A DNA stretch of 64,000 bases from an uncultured Candidatus Saccharibacteria bacterium (lineage in GTDB: Bacteria; Patescibacteriota; Minisyncoccia; UBA6257; 2-01-FULL-56-20). The translations under genes were made by a program, and so were the position numbers. The stretch spans positions 92,310 to 156,309 of the forward strand of contig CAZDFQ010000002.1 in assembly GCA_964505005.1 (NCBI GenBank), in the 5' to 3' direction. Shown one piece after another: positions 46,418 through 55,440 of this stretch (within the stretch, counting starts at the first letter, position 1; each line of letters begins with the position of its first letter). Under the pieces are notes generated by a model. It did not search any database, was not told the DNA's origin, and saw nothing but the letters and a program-made list of their open reading frames with translations.

Positions 46418-47635
46418 ATGAAGATGAAAAGGGTCCATCCGAGAATCAAAAAGGAGAAAACGAGCAATGCTTCGATAAACATCAAGGTTGTCGGCATTGG
46501 CGGCGGTGGCGGCAATGCGGTATCCCGAATGAGCAGGAATTTCATCCGCGGCGTGGAATTCATCGCCATTAACACCGACCATCAGGATTTGGACCACACC
46601 TCGGTCCGCCGGAAAATTTACATCGGCCGAAATCTGACCAGGGGCCTGGGCACGGGCATGAACCCCGAGCTCGGCCGCCAGGCCGCTGAAGAGAACCGGA
46701 GTGAAATCGCCGAGACCCTGAAAGGCGCGGATTTGATTTTTATCGCCGCGGGCCTGGGCGGCGGCACCGGCAGTGGGGCCGCGCCAGTGGTCGCGGAGAT
46801 CGCCAAACAATCCGGCGCCCTGACCCTGGCTTTCGTGACCAGACCATTTGCTTTCGAAGGCGTGCAGCGCGAGCGCATTGCTCAGGAAGGCATTGTCAAG
46901 CTCCGCGACAAAGTGGACGCTTTAGTTGTCGTGCCCAATGACCGAATCTTCAGCATTATCTCCAAAGACACGCCGCTTCTGAAGGCCTTTGAAGCCATCG
47001 ACGATGTTCTGCGGAACGCGCTTCAGGGCATTGTCGAGCTGATTGTGGTGCCGGGCATTATCAATCTCGATTTCGCCGATGTGAAATCGATTATGGAAGG
47101 CACCGGCGCGGCGATTGTGGGCTTGGGCGTGGCGGCCGGACCGGAGCGGGCCGTGGAAGCGGTGCGCCAGGCGATAAATTCGCCGCTTCTCGAAATCAGC
47201 GCCGAAGGCGCCAAGGGCATTTTGCTCGGCGTGGCCGGCGGCCGGGACTTGAAAATGAATGAAGTTAACGAAGCAGCGCGGCTGGTGGCCCAGGCCGCGG
47301 ACCCGGCAGCGAGAATCATTTTCGGCGCCTACCGCGACCGGAACATCAGGCCGAACCAGCTGAAAATAATTCTCATTGCCACCGGTCTCAACGGCCTGAC
47401 GCACGCCAATTCTCTTTTCGGGACTTTTCAGGCCAAGCGGGAAAATTTGCTCAAAGAGGAAAAAGAGCCACCGTCGAGGTTAGACGAATCGCCGATTGCC
47501 GGCTCCAAAGAAAAAATTTCTCCCTTAGCTGCTGATAAAACTGCTTACCCCGAATCAAAAAAGAAACCTCCTAAAGCCGACAAGGACAGCGAAATCTGGG
47601 ACATTCCTACTTTCCTGCGTAAAAAGAGAAAGTAG
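46418..47635 (+). CDS. ftsZ: Cell division protein FtsZ. Start chosen at the ATG 46418; the track ORF begins at 46382, inside the promoter repeat.
   Basis: IKVVGIGGGGGNAVSRM...GGGTGSGAAPVVAEIAK (tubulin signature) and a C-terminal DIPTFLRKKR tail. Confidence 0.9.
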   Translation: MKMKRVHPRIKKEKTSNASINIKVVGIGGGGGNAVSRMSRNFIRGVEFIAINTDHQDLDHTSVRRKIYIGRNLTRGLGTGMNPELGRQAAEENRSEIAETLKGADLIFIAAGLGGGTGSGAAPVVAEIAKQSGALTLAFVTRPFAFEGVQRERIAQEGIVKLRDKVDALVVVPNDRIFSIISKDTPLLKAFEAIDDVLRNALQGIVELIVVPGIINLDFADVKSIMEGTGAAIVGLGVAAGPERAVEAVRQAINSPLLEISAEGAKGILLGVAGGRDLKMNEVNEAARLVAQAADPAARIIFGAYRDRNIRPNQLKIILIATGLNGLTHANSLFGTFQAKRENLLKEEKEPPSRLDESPIAGSKEKISPLAADKTAYPESKKKPPKADKDSEIWDIPTFLRKKRK

Positions 47636-47699
47636 GAATGTCCCAAGGGAAGGGGGTCGGTCAATCCACTCACCCCGACCCCCGGCTTAAGAAACCTCC

Positions 47700-48000
47700 G
47701 GTTTCTTACGTCGCTCGCTACGCTTGCTCCTATTTTTCCACCACGGGGTGAGCGGTGCGCTTCTCCCGCATCGGAAGGCAAGGAGCGAAGCGACTGTCGG
47801 AAACCGAGGGTGTCCGAGATAGTGGGGGCGGGAGAAGCGCGAAGAACGGCAGTTTCCCGTGTAGGAAATTACTCAAAACCGAGAGGTTGTGAGGGAGCTC
47901 CGACGAATGTCGGAGCGACGGGGAATTCCCGACCTTTTTGAGAAGGAAGAAAAGGTAGAGTAAATTCCATACCCCTTTAACATAAAATAGAGGCTCTCTC
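47700..48000 (+). ncRNA. Candidate structured non-coding RNA of unknown class. Strand uncertain.
   Basis: About 300 bp without a credible ORF, GC-rich. It has long-range complementarity gcgcttctcccgc (47757-47769) / gcgggagaagcgc (47833-47845) and local hairpins (gctccgac-gaat-gtcggagc). A promoter-like ttgaaa...tataat lies at 48035-48075, just before the next gene. Confidence 0.25.
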
Positions 48001-48091
48001 CACTCGATGCTCTATCGTCTACCCCAAAATGACTTGAAATTGCTTGCGTTCCATAAGTATAATAGTATAATTTACTCGAAGAATTAAAAAT

Positions 48092-48478
48092 ATGGCAGCA
48101 CGAGAAAACGAAGTGGTCAAAAAAGTAATCACATTTATTCAGAAACAACAATCGGAACGCTTCCGCGTGCTTAACAATACTGCTGGGTCGGATAAAAAGA
48201 TTATAAACGGACAGTTTCCAGACATTATCTTCTTACAGAAAGAACCGCCTCCGAACAATAACATATTGTTTGTGATGAGGGTGGAGAATGGAGGTAATAT
48301 GGTTGATAGCATCCCGGTATGGAGAGCGCTTGGAAGTGCGCCGAGTGCTTTTTATATCGTTGTCCCCAAAAATAAGGTGGATGAAGCGAAAAAACTTGCT
48401 ATTGCTACGGGTGTTCGAGCGCGATTTGCATGGTTCGAAATGGAGGGAGATAAAGTAAAACAAGTTAACTATGAGTAA
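48092..48478 (+). CDS. Hypothetical protein (128 aa), first gene of an overlapping pair
   Basis: No recognised motif. GC is lower than in flanking housekeeping genes. Its stop overlaps the next ATG by 8 nt (atgagtaa). Confidence 0.4.
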   Translation: MAARENEVVKKVITFIQKQQSERFRVLNNTAGSDKKIINGQFPDIIFLQKEPPPNNNILFVMRVENGGNMVDSIPVWRALGSAPSAFYIVVPKNKVDEAKKLAIATGVRARFAWFEMEGDKVKQVNYE

Positions 48479-48923
48479 TCTTATTATCGGTGCGTTACTT
48501 GCAGTTTTCGGCGGCTACATCGGCGACGAGATTCGTTCTTGGCGACAACGTTGCAACGAACGAAAGGCAATTAAGATTTCTCTTTGCGACGAACTTAGTA
48601 TAATAGAATCAACGATAAACAATATGCATCAAGTTTGGGAAAATGCCAAAGTTTTTCCACAAAACTTCGTTGCCGATTTATTATCCAATACCATTGCTTA
48701 CGACGGCCTTCGGACAAGGCTGTTTCTTATAAAGGATGCTACACTTCGGAAGAAAATAGTTGCTTTTTACAAGAAACTTAGGGACACAGTAAAGAAAACC
48801 GAAGGGAAAATTGGTACCCTTGCTCAAACACCAGAAGCGGCTGCGGAACAAAATGCTTTTGACACTTCATTTCAAACGCTCGGAACAGAAGCCAAAGATA
48901 TTAAAGAGGCTCTCGAAAAATAA
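48471..48923 (+). CDS. Hypothetical N-terminally membrane-anchored protein (150 aa), translationally coupled to 48092
   Basis: MSNLIIGALLAVFGGYIGDEI (TM), then a helical soluble domain. Confidence 0.4.
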   Translation: MSNLIIGALLAVFGGYIGDEIRSWRQRCNERKAIKISLCDELSIIESTINNMHQVWENAKVFPQNFVADLLSNTIAYDGLRTRLFLIKDATLRKKIVAFYKKLRDTVKKTEGKIGTLAQTPEAAAEQNAFDTSFQTLGTEAKDIKEALEK

Positions 48924-49059
48924 TTGTTTTAGAATGTCCTATTCTGTAAATTATGTTTCTACGAGATAGATTCGAAGTTGTTCATAATTTGTCTATCCTT
49001 CTATCGATTTATTGAGTGTCAGCGGTTCCGTTTCCATTGACTCGCCGGTGATTTTTGAT

Positions 49060-49187
49060 TAACCGGCCGCCGATAATTGCCCGATTTGTTTTTTAATACG
49101 GACAGGTCTTCCTTCTGTATATTTTTCAATCTTGGCAATGGAGTCCGCTATATCCTTGATGTAGAGCTCGGGTTTTCTTTTAGACAT
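49060..49187 (-). pseudogene. Truncated HepT (DUF86) toxin remnant overlapping the MNT stop (42 codons, then a stop)
   Basis: Minus-strand translation MSKRKPELYIKDIADSIAKIEKYTEGRPVRIKKQIGQLSAAG*. The N-terminus matches HepT (LxDIxxxIxxIExY). Its ATG overlaps the MNT stop in the atgtctaa arrangement. It is far shorter than the ~110-140 aa of intact HepT. Confidence 0.45.
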
Positions 49188-49512
49188 AAATTGTTTCCTG
49201 AAGAATATCTGCCTTAATGGCGTCTTTCAGCGCTTTTTTGGAAATCAAATCAACCTTTCTCCCCAGAACCTCGCTTAAAAAATTTTCCAAGCGTATAAAA
49301 TCGAAGAATCCGATGGGCGCGTCGAATTCAACGAGAATATCGACGTCACTCCCGTTTTTTTGTTCTTCGCGGGCGAAAGAGCCGAAAATACCCAGTTTTT
49401 TTATATGAAATCTGGACTTCAATAACGGCAGCTGGGCGCTTATTTTCTTTCTTATCTCTTCTTTTTCCGTTTCCATAAATTCAACTATAGGTGATATTTT
49501 GCGGCCCCGCAA
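49180..49512 (-). CDS. Nucleotidyltransferase-domain protein (MNT/MntA-type antitoxin)
   Basis: GIFGSFAREEQKNGSDVDILVEF, the GSxxRGxxxxxSDxD polymerase-beta-like NTase motif. Confidence 0.75.
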   Translation of the reverse strand: MRGRKISPIVEFMETEKEEIRKKISAQLPLLKSRFHIKKLGIFGSFAREEQKNGSDVDILVEFDAPIGFFDFIRLENFLSEVLGRKVDLISKKALKDAIKADILQETIYV

Positions 49513-49544
49513 GACGGCAGACGATTATGCGACCGCTAAAATTT

Positions 49545-50594
49545 TTATTCCTCGTTTTCCTGCGGCCGCTCCAGCGTTAGCGGCTCCGCGCCGATGGCTT
49601 CGCCGGTGATTTTCAAAATGTCCTTATCGATTTTGGAAAATTCTTTGTAGGCCGTGTTGTAGCTGGAAACGGTTTGACCGAGATTTTTGCCGACTTTGAG
49701 CAGAAAGTCGTCGAATTTCGAAAGATGGGTGGTCAGTTTTTCGATTTCTTTTTTTATCTCTTCGGTTGATTCCTGAATTTTGAACGCTCGCAAGGCCTGG
49801 AAAAGAACCTGTAGGTAAGCGGCAAAGGTCGTCGGCGAAACGATAATCACATGTTTTTCATTATAGGCGTAATCAACTAGGTCGCGGGTACTGGATTTGA
49901 CCGCGCCGACTTGATTGACGAGTAGGTCGTAATAAATCGCTTCCGAGGGAATGAACATAAAAGCGAGGTTCACGGTCCCTTCCTCGGGCTTGATGTATTT
50001 GGCGGTTTCGTCGATTCTTGATTTTAAGTCAGCCACGAATTGTTTTTCCAACCGCTCGCGGACTCCGGCATCTGCTTCGTTTATCAAGCGGTTGTAATTT
50101 TCCAAACTGAATTTGGAGTCAATCGGCACGATTTGGTTGCCGATGAAAATCACCGCATCCACCACCGTGCCGTCTTTGAAAGGATATTGCATTTGATAAC
50201 TCGATGGCGGGAGAACATTTCGGAGAATCGTTTCCAGATAATATTCGCCAAGTACACCTCGCTGTTTCGGGTTTTTCAGAATGTCCTGAAGCGTACGCAA
50301 CTGCTCGGTGATGTTCATTACCTGTTTCTGACCTTCGCCGACCTTAGTCAACTCCTGGGTAATTTCTTTGATGATTTTCGCACTCTCGCCGAATTGCTCG
50401 CGGAAAGCCCGGGTCGATTCGCCGAGTTTATTATCCATCGTGCGGGCCAATTCATTCAACTGGTTTTGAATGAGAAGAAGCGACTGGTCGGCCTCTTTTC
50501 TTCTGCTTTGGCTCTGGAGAATATAGAAAAGAATGCCGAAACCGGCCAAAAGTAAGAAAATTAGGATGAAAAGAAGCGTTGATTCCATATTCAT
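49545..50594 (-). CDS. rmuC: DNA recombination protein RmuC
   Basis: N-terminal TM and coiled coil, then RGVLGEYYLETIL...PIDSKFSLENY...FIPSEAIYYDL. Confidence 0.85.
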   Translation of the reverse strand: MNMESTLLFILIFLLLAGFGILFYILQSQSRRKEADQSLLLIQNQLNELARTMDNKLGESTRAFREQFGESAKIIKEITQELTKVGEGQKQVMNITEQLRTLQDILKNPKQRGVLGEYYLETILRNVLPPSSYQMQYPFKDGTVVDAVIFIGNQIVPIDSKFSLENYNRLINEADAGVRERLEKQFVADLKSRIDETAKYIKPEEGTVNLAFMFIPSEAIYYDLLVNQVGAVKSSTRDLVDYAYNEKHVIIVSPTTFAAYLQVLFQALRAFKIQESTEEIKKEIEKLTTHLSKFDDFLLKVGKNLGQTVSSYNTAYKEFSKIDKDILKITGEAIGAEPLTLERPQENEE

Positions 50595-50612
50595 TCGGAT
50601 GTGCCTATTCGT

Positions 50613-50730
50613 ATGAAGCTCCGCTTCATCAATCGGTTCGGCCCGCCCGCCTGAGTTGTTCAGGCAAGTCGGGCGGGTCGGCGAAAATAAATGCTTCGCA
50701 TTTACTTTCTCCTCGCTGCCGATTGTAAGG
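50613..50730. repeat. Full-length intergenic copy of the GC-core palindromic element (left arm atgaagctccgcttcat hairpin, core cccgcccgcctgagttgttcaggcaagtcgggcggg, right arm ...tttactttctcctcgctgccgattgtag)
   Basis: Related copies: 40745-40840 (in pth), 43160-43200 (core only), 19787-19870 (core with a nested insertion), 36199-36290 and 56233-56314 (arms without the core). Confidence 0.7.
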
Positions 50731-50942
50731 CCTTTCGGATACTTAATTTTAACACAATTCTTGACAAATTAGAATCAGAGCCTCTCAAAATCCTGAGATG
50801 GGGATAACTCCGTTTTCCCTAAATCACTTTATCTGTTAATATTGAAAATTATTCTTGTTGCGTTCCGGCGCAGAGACTATTTGCATACTAAACTCGTAAT
50901 TTATAATTCGCATATGCCGATTCGCTAAGGCATTCGCATACT

Positions 50943-51092
50943 ATGAAAAGCCATTATTACTGCAAAAAGTGCGACATTTATTTTTACGAAGAAGATAAAT
51001 TTCCGAACATCAACCGGATTCATTTTGAATGCGGTTCCCGGGCAAAACTTCTTAAATATTTCCCGGAACTTGAGAAAAAAGAGGAGGAGTAA
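50943..51092 (+). CDS. Small zinc-ribbon protein candidate (49 aa)
   Basis: MKSHYYCKKCDIYFYEEDKFPNINRIHFECGSRAKLLKYFPELEKKEEE (CxxC...C). Below the ORF-track size cutoff; no clear RBS. Confidence 0.25.
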   Translation: MKSHYYCKKCDIYFYEEDKFPNINRIHFECGSRAKLLKYFPELEKKEEE

Positions 51093-51186
51093 TCACTAAT
51101 AATGCGAATAACAGCAAATAACGCTAATACATTTTATTCGCGTTATTGAAAATAAATTAGCGTTATTCGCGATTACTACTTATTAG

Positions 51187-51786
51187 ATGGAATCGTTCAT
51201 CTCTCATTATCTTCTGGCTTGGCAGCCGCTCGGCTATCTGCTCGCTTTTTTGGGAATGATTTTGGAAGGCGAAGTTCTCCTGATACTGGCCGGTTTTTTG
51301 ACCAGCCAGGGTTATTTTAATTTTTTTTATATGTTTGCCGCTCTTTTACTGGGAGCGCTGTTTGGCGATTTTTTCTGGTATCGGTTCGGCCACTATCTTT
51401 TCAACACCTCCGGCCTGAAATTTCCAGAATGGCTTCACCGGCTGTCCCATCCTCTGGACATTCATTTGCGGGACCGGCCGAGAAAAACAATTTTCATTTC
51501 CAAATTCGTTTATGGCGCAAACCGCGCGACCTTGATGCGGGCCGGCGCCTCGGGTGTCAGCTTAAAAGATTTTTTTGAAAGCAATGTCTATGCCAATATC
51601 GTCTGGATTATCGTGATCGGCGGCCTGGGCTATTTATTCGGTGCTTCCTTAGCGCTCCTTAAAAAATACATCCGCTTAGCCGAGCTGGTGATTTTGATAA
51701 GCGTAATTATATTTTTGTTCGCCAGCCATTTCCTTGTCCTCAGATACAAGGATAAGCACGAAGAAGATGAATTAGAAAATGGTTAA
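51187..51786 (+). CDS. DedA-family (SNARE-associated/TVP38) membrane protein
   Basis: ISKFVYGANRATLMRAGASGVSLKDFF core motif; 4-5 TM. Confidence 0.75.
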   Translation: MESFISHYLLAWQPLGYLLAFLGMILEGEVLLILAGFLTSQGYFNFFYMFAALLLGALFGDFFWYRFGHYLFNTSGLKFPEWLHRLSHPLDIHLRDRPRKTIFISKFVYGANRATLMRAGASGVSLKDFFESNVYANIVWIIVIGGLGYLFGASLALLKKYIRLAELVILISVIIFLFASHFLVLRYKDKHEEDELENG

Positions 51787-53050
51787 AACGAAGCATCCTG
51801 GGAACTTTTGGCGAGCACTCGGCCCGGGCCTGATTACCGGCGCTTCGGATGACGACCCCTCGGGGATTCTGACCTATCTTCAGGGAGGCGCGGTGCTCGG
51901 CTTCGGCGCGCTCTGGACCGCTTTGGTTACTTTGCCGATGATGTACGCGGTTCAGGAAATGGCTGGCCGCATCGGTTTGGTGACTCAAAAAGGCCTGCTC
52001 AGAATCATTAAAGAAAATTATTCGAGAAAAATTCTTTTCCTCATCGCTTTTATTTCGATTGTTGTCATCACCATCAACATCGGCGCGGACCTCTTGGCTA
52101 TCGGCGTGGCGGTCCAGGGGCTGGCGCCGGTCAGCAATTTAATCCTTTTGCCGCTGGCCGCTACCATCATTCTTCTCGCGGTGATATTTTTTTCCTATCA
52201 GCGTTTTGCCGGCATTCTCAAATGGCTGACTTTAACTCTTTTTTTCTATGTTTTAGCAGTTATTTACTTGAAAATCGATTGGTCGGTGGCTCTTAAAGCC
52301 ACGCTTATTCCGAGAGTGTCGTTTTCTTTGGAGAATGCTTTTCTGCTCGCGGCGATTTTCGGCACCACTGTTTCCCCCTATCTTTTTTTCTGGCAGGCCA
52401 ACGAGGAGATAGAAGAGAAAGAGGAAAAAAGGCGCGACAAGCCAATTCGCCGGCTGCTCATCACCAAGAATGAACTTAAAAATTTAAAGGAAGACACTTT
52501 TATCGGCATGCTTTTTTCCAATGTTGTTACCTGGTTTATCTTTGCCGGCGCGACCAAGCTTTTTCAAACAACTAACTCAACTGCCGGCCTGGCGACTTTC
52601 CAACAGGCCTCGCTGGTTTTGAAACCGCTTCTCGGCGATTTCGCCTATCTGGCTTTTACTTTGGGAATAATCGGCACTGGATTTCTCGCGATTCCGGTGT
52701 TAGCCGGCAATATCGGCTATATGTTCGCCGAAATTTTCGATTGGCCCGAGGGCATAAATAAAAAATTCCACGAAGCCAGAGGATTTTACATCGCCATCGT
52801 CTCAGCCACGATTTTGGGAATGTTCATTAACTTCTTCCGCTTTGACCCGATAACCCTTCTCATTTACACCGCGGTCCTTTATACTTTCATAACTCCGCCG
52901 ATAATTTACATAATTCTTAAAATTTCCAATAACAACGAACTTATGAGGGGCCGCATCAATTCGGCCGCTTCCAACATTTTGGGAGCGATAACCCTGGCGA
53001 TTTCTTTATTGCTGGCCGTATTTTATCTGATACTCGCTTTTCGGAAGTAA
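51779..53050 (+). CDS. NRAMP-family divalent metal (Mn2+/Fe2+) transporter
   Basis: ALGPGLITGASDDDPSGILTYLQGGAVLGFGALWTALVTLPMMYAVQEMAGRIGLVTQKGL matches the Nramp consensus (GPG...DPGN...Q.GA..GY.LLW...MxxxxQxxxxRLG.VTG). Confidence 0.8.
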   Translation: MVKTKHPGNFWRALGPGLITGASDDDPSGILTYLQGGAVLGFGALWTALVTLPMMYAVQEMAGRIGLVTQKGLLRIIKENYSRKILFLIAFISIVVITINIGADLLAIGVAVQGLAPVSNLILLPLAATIILLAVIFFSYQRFAGILKWLTLTLFFYVLAVIYLKIDWSVALKATLIPRVSFSLENAFLLAAIFGTTVSPYLFFWQANEEIEEKEEKRRDKPIRRLLITKNELKNLKEDTFIGMLFSNVVTWFIFAGATKLFQTTNSTAGLATFQQASLVLKPLLGDFAYLAFTLGIIGTGFLAIPVLAGNIGYMFAEIFDWPEGINKKFHEARGFYIAIVSATILGMFINFFRFDPITLLIYTAVLYTFITPPIIYIILKISNNNELMRGRINSAASNILGAITLAISLLLAVFYLILAFRK

Positions 53051-53129
53051 CCCCGGCTTTTCCTCTTAAATTTAAGTATGTTAGAATTAAAGGCAATATT
53101 AAAGGTCGTTAAGACAATAAATTGAACGA

Positions 53130-53438
53130 ATGGATAAAAAAATTTTGTGGGCGTTGATTGCAATAGTGATTATTGCTGCAGCCGTTTATTATTTGACGCT
53201 TGGCCGCCGAGGCGCCGTTCCTAATCAAGCACAAGCTCCCTCGGTTGTGCCGCCGACAGCAGGAGAAACGGCTACGCAGATGCAGCCGACCAGCGACCCC
53301 GATGCCATTGTTTCCGGTCTTCTTCAGGATACCTCGGCGCTGCCGTCAACTCCGGCTGAGTCAGACCCGACGCTCTTGAACGCTAATGACCAGACAATAA
53401 GTAACTTCGATCAATCCCTGAATACTAGCCAGTTTTAG
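53130..53438 (+). CDS. Hypothetical membrane-anchored Pro/Thr/Ser-rich protein
   Basis: TM ILWALIAIVIIAAAVYYL, then a low-complexity tail. Confidence 0.3.
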   Translation: MDKKILWALIAIVIIAAAVYYLTLGRRGAVPNQAQAPSVVPPTAGETATQMQPTSDPDAIVSGLLQDTSALPSTPAESDPTLLNANDQTISNFDQSLNTSQF

Positions 53439-53449
53439 AGATTAGAAAC

Positions 53450-54250
53450 ATGAAAAAATCAATAAACATTATATTTGCTCTAACTGTAATCACCGGTCTT
53501 GTTCCAGTATTAGTTTCAGCTCAAGTTGCGACAACCTCTGCTCCGGCTAATCGGTCTGGAGCAGCTAAAGGCGGATTTTGCGAAAGATTATCGTCGCAGT
53601 TTCCCGGCTTGTCCCAGCGATTGACGAATGAGGCCTCGAACTTCCAGAATAGAAATAACAGTCGCCAGCAGGACATTGATAACCGCTGGATCGGATTTTT
53701 GTCGAGCGAAAAGGAGCGGCGCCAGGCGCGGAATAATGTGCTTTCAGAGAGTTTTTCGCGGCTTGAAGCTCAAGAAAAAAATGACGCCCAGAAACAGGCA
53801 ATCGCCGTTTTTGAAGCAGCAGTCCGTTCAGCCATCGAAACGAGAAACAAGGCCTTTGACGCGGCGCTCGAAGTTTTCCATCAGGGCGTAAAAGACGCGC
53901 TTCAGAAAAGAGAGCAGTCAACGGAAAACGCCTTGAAAGCAATGGCCGAATCGGTAAAAGCCAGCCAACAGAAAGCGGAACAGGATTGCAGCGCCGGCGT
54001 CAGCCCCCAGACCGTGCGTCAAACTTTCGTGGCGGCCGTCACCGCAGCCAGAAAAAATTTGCAGCCGGCGCGTTCTTCGAACGACGCTTTCAGGACGACA
54101 ATGCAGAATTTGACGCAGATCAAGAATGCGGCTTTGAAAAAAGCTCAGGATGATTTCCGAACAGCCCTGGAAGCCGCCCGTTCGGTTTTGAAAGCGGCCC
54201 TGGGAACTGCTACTTCTACGCCGGCAGCTTCAACATCAAGCGGGCAATAA
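53450..54250 (+). CDS. Secreted alpha-helical hypothetical protein (signal peptide, Ala/Gln/Lys-rich)
   Basis: Signal peptide MKKSINIIFALTVITGLVPVLVSAQVA. Terminator ccgtctg-attctaatcgga-gacgg plus a T-run at 54278-54318. Confidence 0.4.
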   Translation: MKKSINIIFALTVITGLVPVLVSAQVATTSAPANRSGAAKGGFCERLSSQFPGLSQRLTNEASNFQNRNNSRQQDIDNRWIGFLSSEKERRQARNNVLSESFSRLEAQEKNDAQKQAIAVFEAAVRSAIETRNKAFDAALEVFHQGVKDALQKREQSTENALKAMAESVKASQQKAEQDCSAGVSPQTVRQTFVAAVTAARKNLQPARSSNDAFRTTMQNLTQIKNAALKKAQDDFRTALEAARSVLKAALGTATSTPAASTSSGQ

Positions 54251-54376
54251 GGTCAGTCAGATTTCAATTTTTTAAGCTGCTTAAAACCGTCTGATTCTAA
54301 TCGGAGACGGCAGATTTTTTGTTGATAAATAGAATTTGCCTGTAAAAATTCAACTTGATATACTTTTATACAATAT

Positions 54377-54778
54377 ATGGTTAAATCCTGGACATCAATC
54401 ATTTTATTTATAAGTTTTGCGGGAATCGCGGTACTTGGCGCTCTGGCTATGAATCATGTGGGGAATGCCTATCATGGCTGCCTGGCGGCCACGGCTGGCG
54501 TGACCTCCTGCGCCAATGAAAACAATCCCTTCGCCTCCGCTATTTTTCACCTCGATGTCTTTAAAAGTTTTTCCACGGCAGCCGTTGTCAGTTCAATTAC
54601 GCTTCTTCTGGCAGCCGCTCTTCTGTTTGCTTTCTGGTTGATTTTTGACGTAAATCTTCCGGTGGCCGCCGGACAATCTTTTTCGCTGCTCCTAAAACCC
54701 GAGCCGGACAATCCTCCTTTCAAGAAACATTTCATCCAGTGGCTGGCTTTCCACGAGAACAGTCCGACGACTAAATAG
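54377..54778 (+). CDS. Hypothetical membrane protein (2 TM, Cys/His-containing loop)
   Basis: SIILFISFAGIAVLGALAMNHVGNAYHGCLAATAGVTSC... Confidence 0.35.
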   Translation: MVKSWTSIILFISFAGIAVLGALAMNHVGNAYHGCLAATAGVTSCANENNPFASAIFHLDVFKSFSTAAVVSSITLLLAAALLFAFWLIFDVNLPVAAGQSFSLLLKPEPDNPPFKKHFIQWLAFHENSPTTK

Positions 54779-54936
54779 GGGCGCCTTACTTCAGAGCGAC
54801 ATTCGTCGAGTTCTCTCTTGGAGGCGCCTTTCCATCCCCATTGAAAGGGGATTTTTGTTGTTTCAAATCAAGTCAACTTAAAATAATTAATTCGGATGGG
54901 CGTATCCGTAGCGCGCTATTCGAATGCCAATCAATC

Positions 54937-55440
54937 ATGAAAAACAATATAATTATACTTATACTTGTCATCACGGCAGCCGTTGTCGGATTCATTCTCT
55001 GGAATGGAAAGTCGTCTAGACCGGCAGAAACCGTCAACCTTATAACCGGCCTTACTTCGGCTAATTTAAACGAAGCGATTCCGGTTTATGATTTCGGTTC
55101 GGTGTCAATGTTCAAAGGCAATGTCGAACACGACTTCGCCGTCAAAAACACGACCGACAGCGAGCTTCTCGTAACCGGCGCGGAAACATCCTGCATGTGC
55201 ACGCGGGCGGTCTTGAAACTGCCGGACGGTCGGGAGATGGGCCCCTTCGGGATGCCGGGCCACGGCTTCAATCCCTCGCTCAATGTTAACATCAAGCCAG
55301 GAGAGTCATTAGTAGTCAGAGCTATTTTCGACCCGGCGGCTCACGGCCCGGCCGGCGTCGGCTTAGTGGAACGGCAGATTCTTCTTTCGACTAACAAAGG
55401 TCAGCTCATGATGCAATTCCGCGCCCAAGTAACACCATGA
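54937..55440 (+). CDS. DUF1573 domain protein (membrane-anchored beta-sandwich with SCxCT motif)
   Basis: YDFGSVSMFKGNVEHDFAVKNTTDSELLVTGAETSCMCTRAVLKLPDG...IKPGESLVVRAIFD matches DUF1573 (FDFG...SCGCT...PGE). Start at the ATG 54937. Confidence 0.6.
   Translation: MKNNIIILILVITAAVVGFILWNGKSSRPAETVNLITGLTSANLNEAIPVYDFGSVSMFKGNVEHDFAVKNTTDSELLVTGAETSCMCTRAVLKLPDGREMGPFGMPGHGFNPSLNVNIKPGESLVVRAIFDPAAHGPAGVGLVERQILLSTNKGQLMMQFRAQVTP

Noticed and set aside
46376-47404. Minus-strand ORFs (144, 160, 98 aa) inside ftsZ
   Set aside because: Antisense shadows of the GC-rich tubulin-signature region. No motifs.
47640-48090. Possible RNase P RNA or tmRNA
   Set aside because: Fragments resembling RNase P CR-II/III (GGGUGA..GGUGCG) and CR-V (CCCGGCUUA) occur, but in the wrong order, and the universal GGAAAGUCCGGGCUCC (CR-I) is absent. 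No tRNA-like 3' end with GGUUCGA-type T-loop or CCA for tmRNA. Left as an unclassified structured region.
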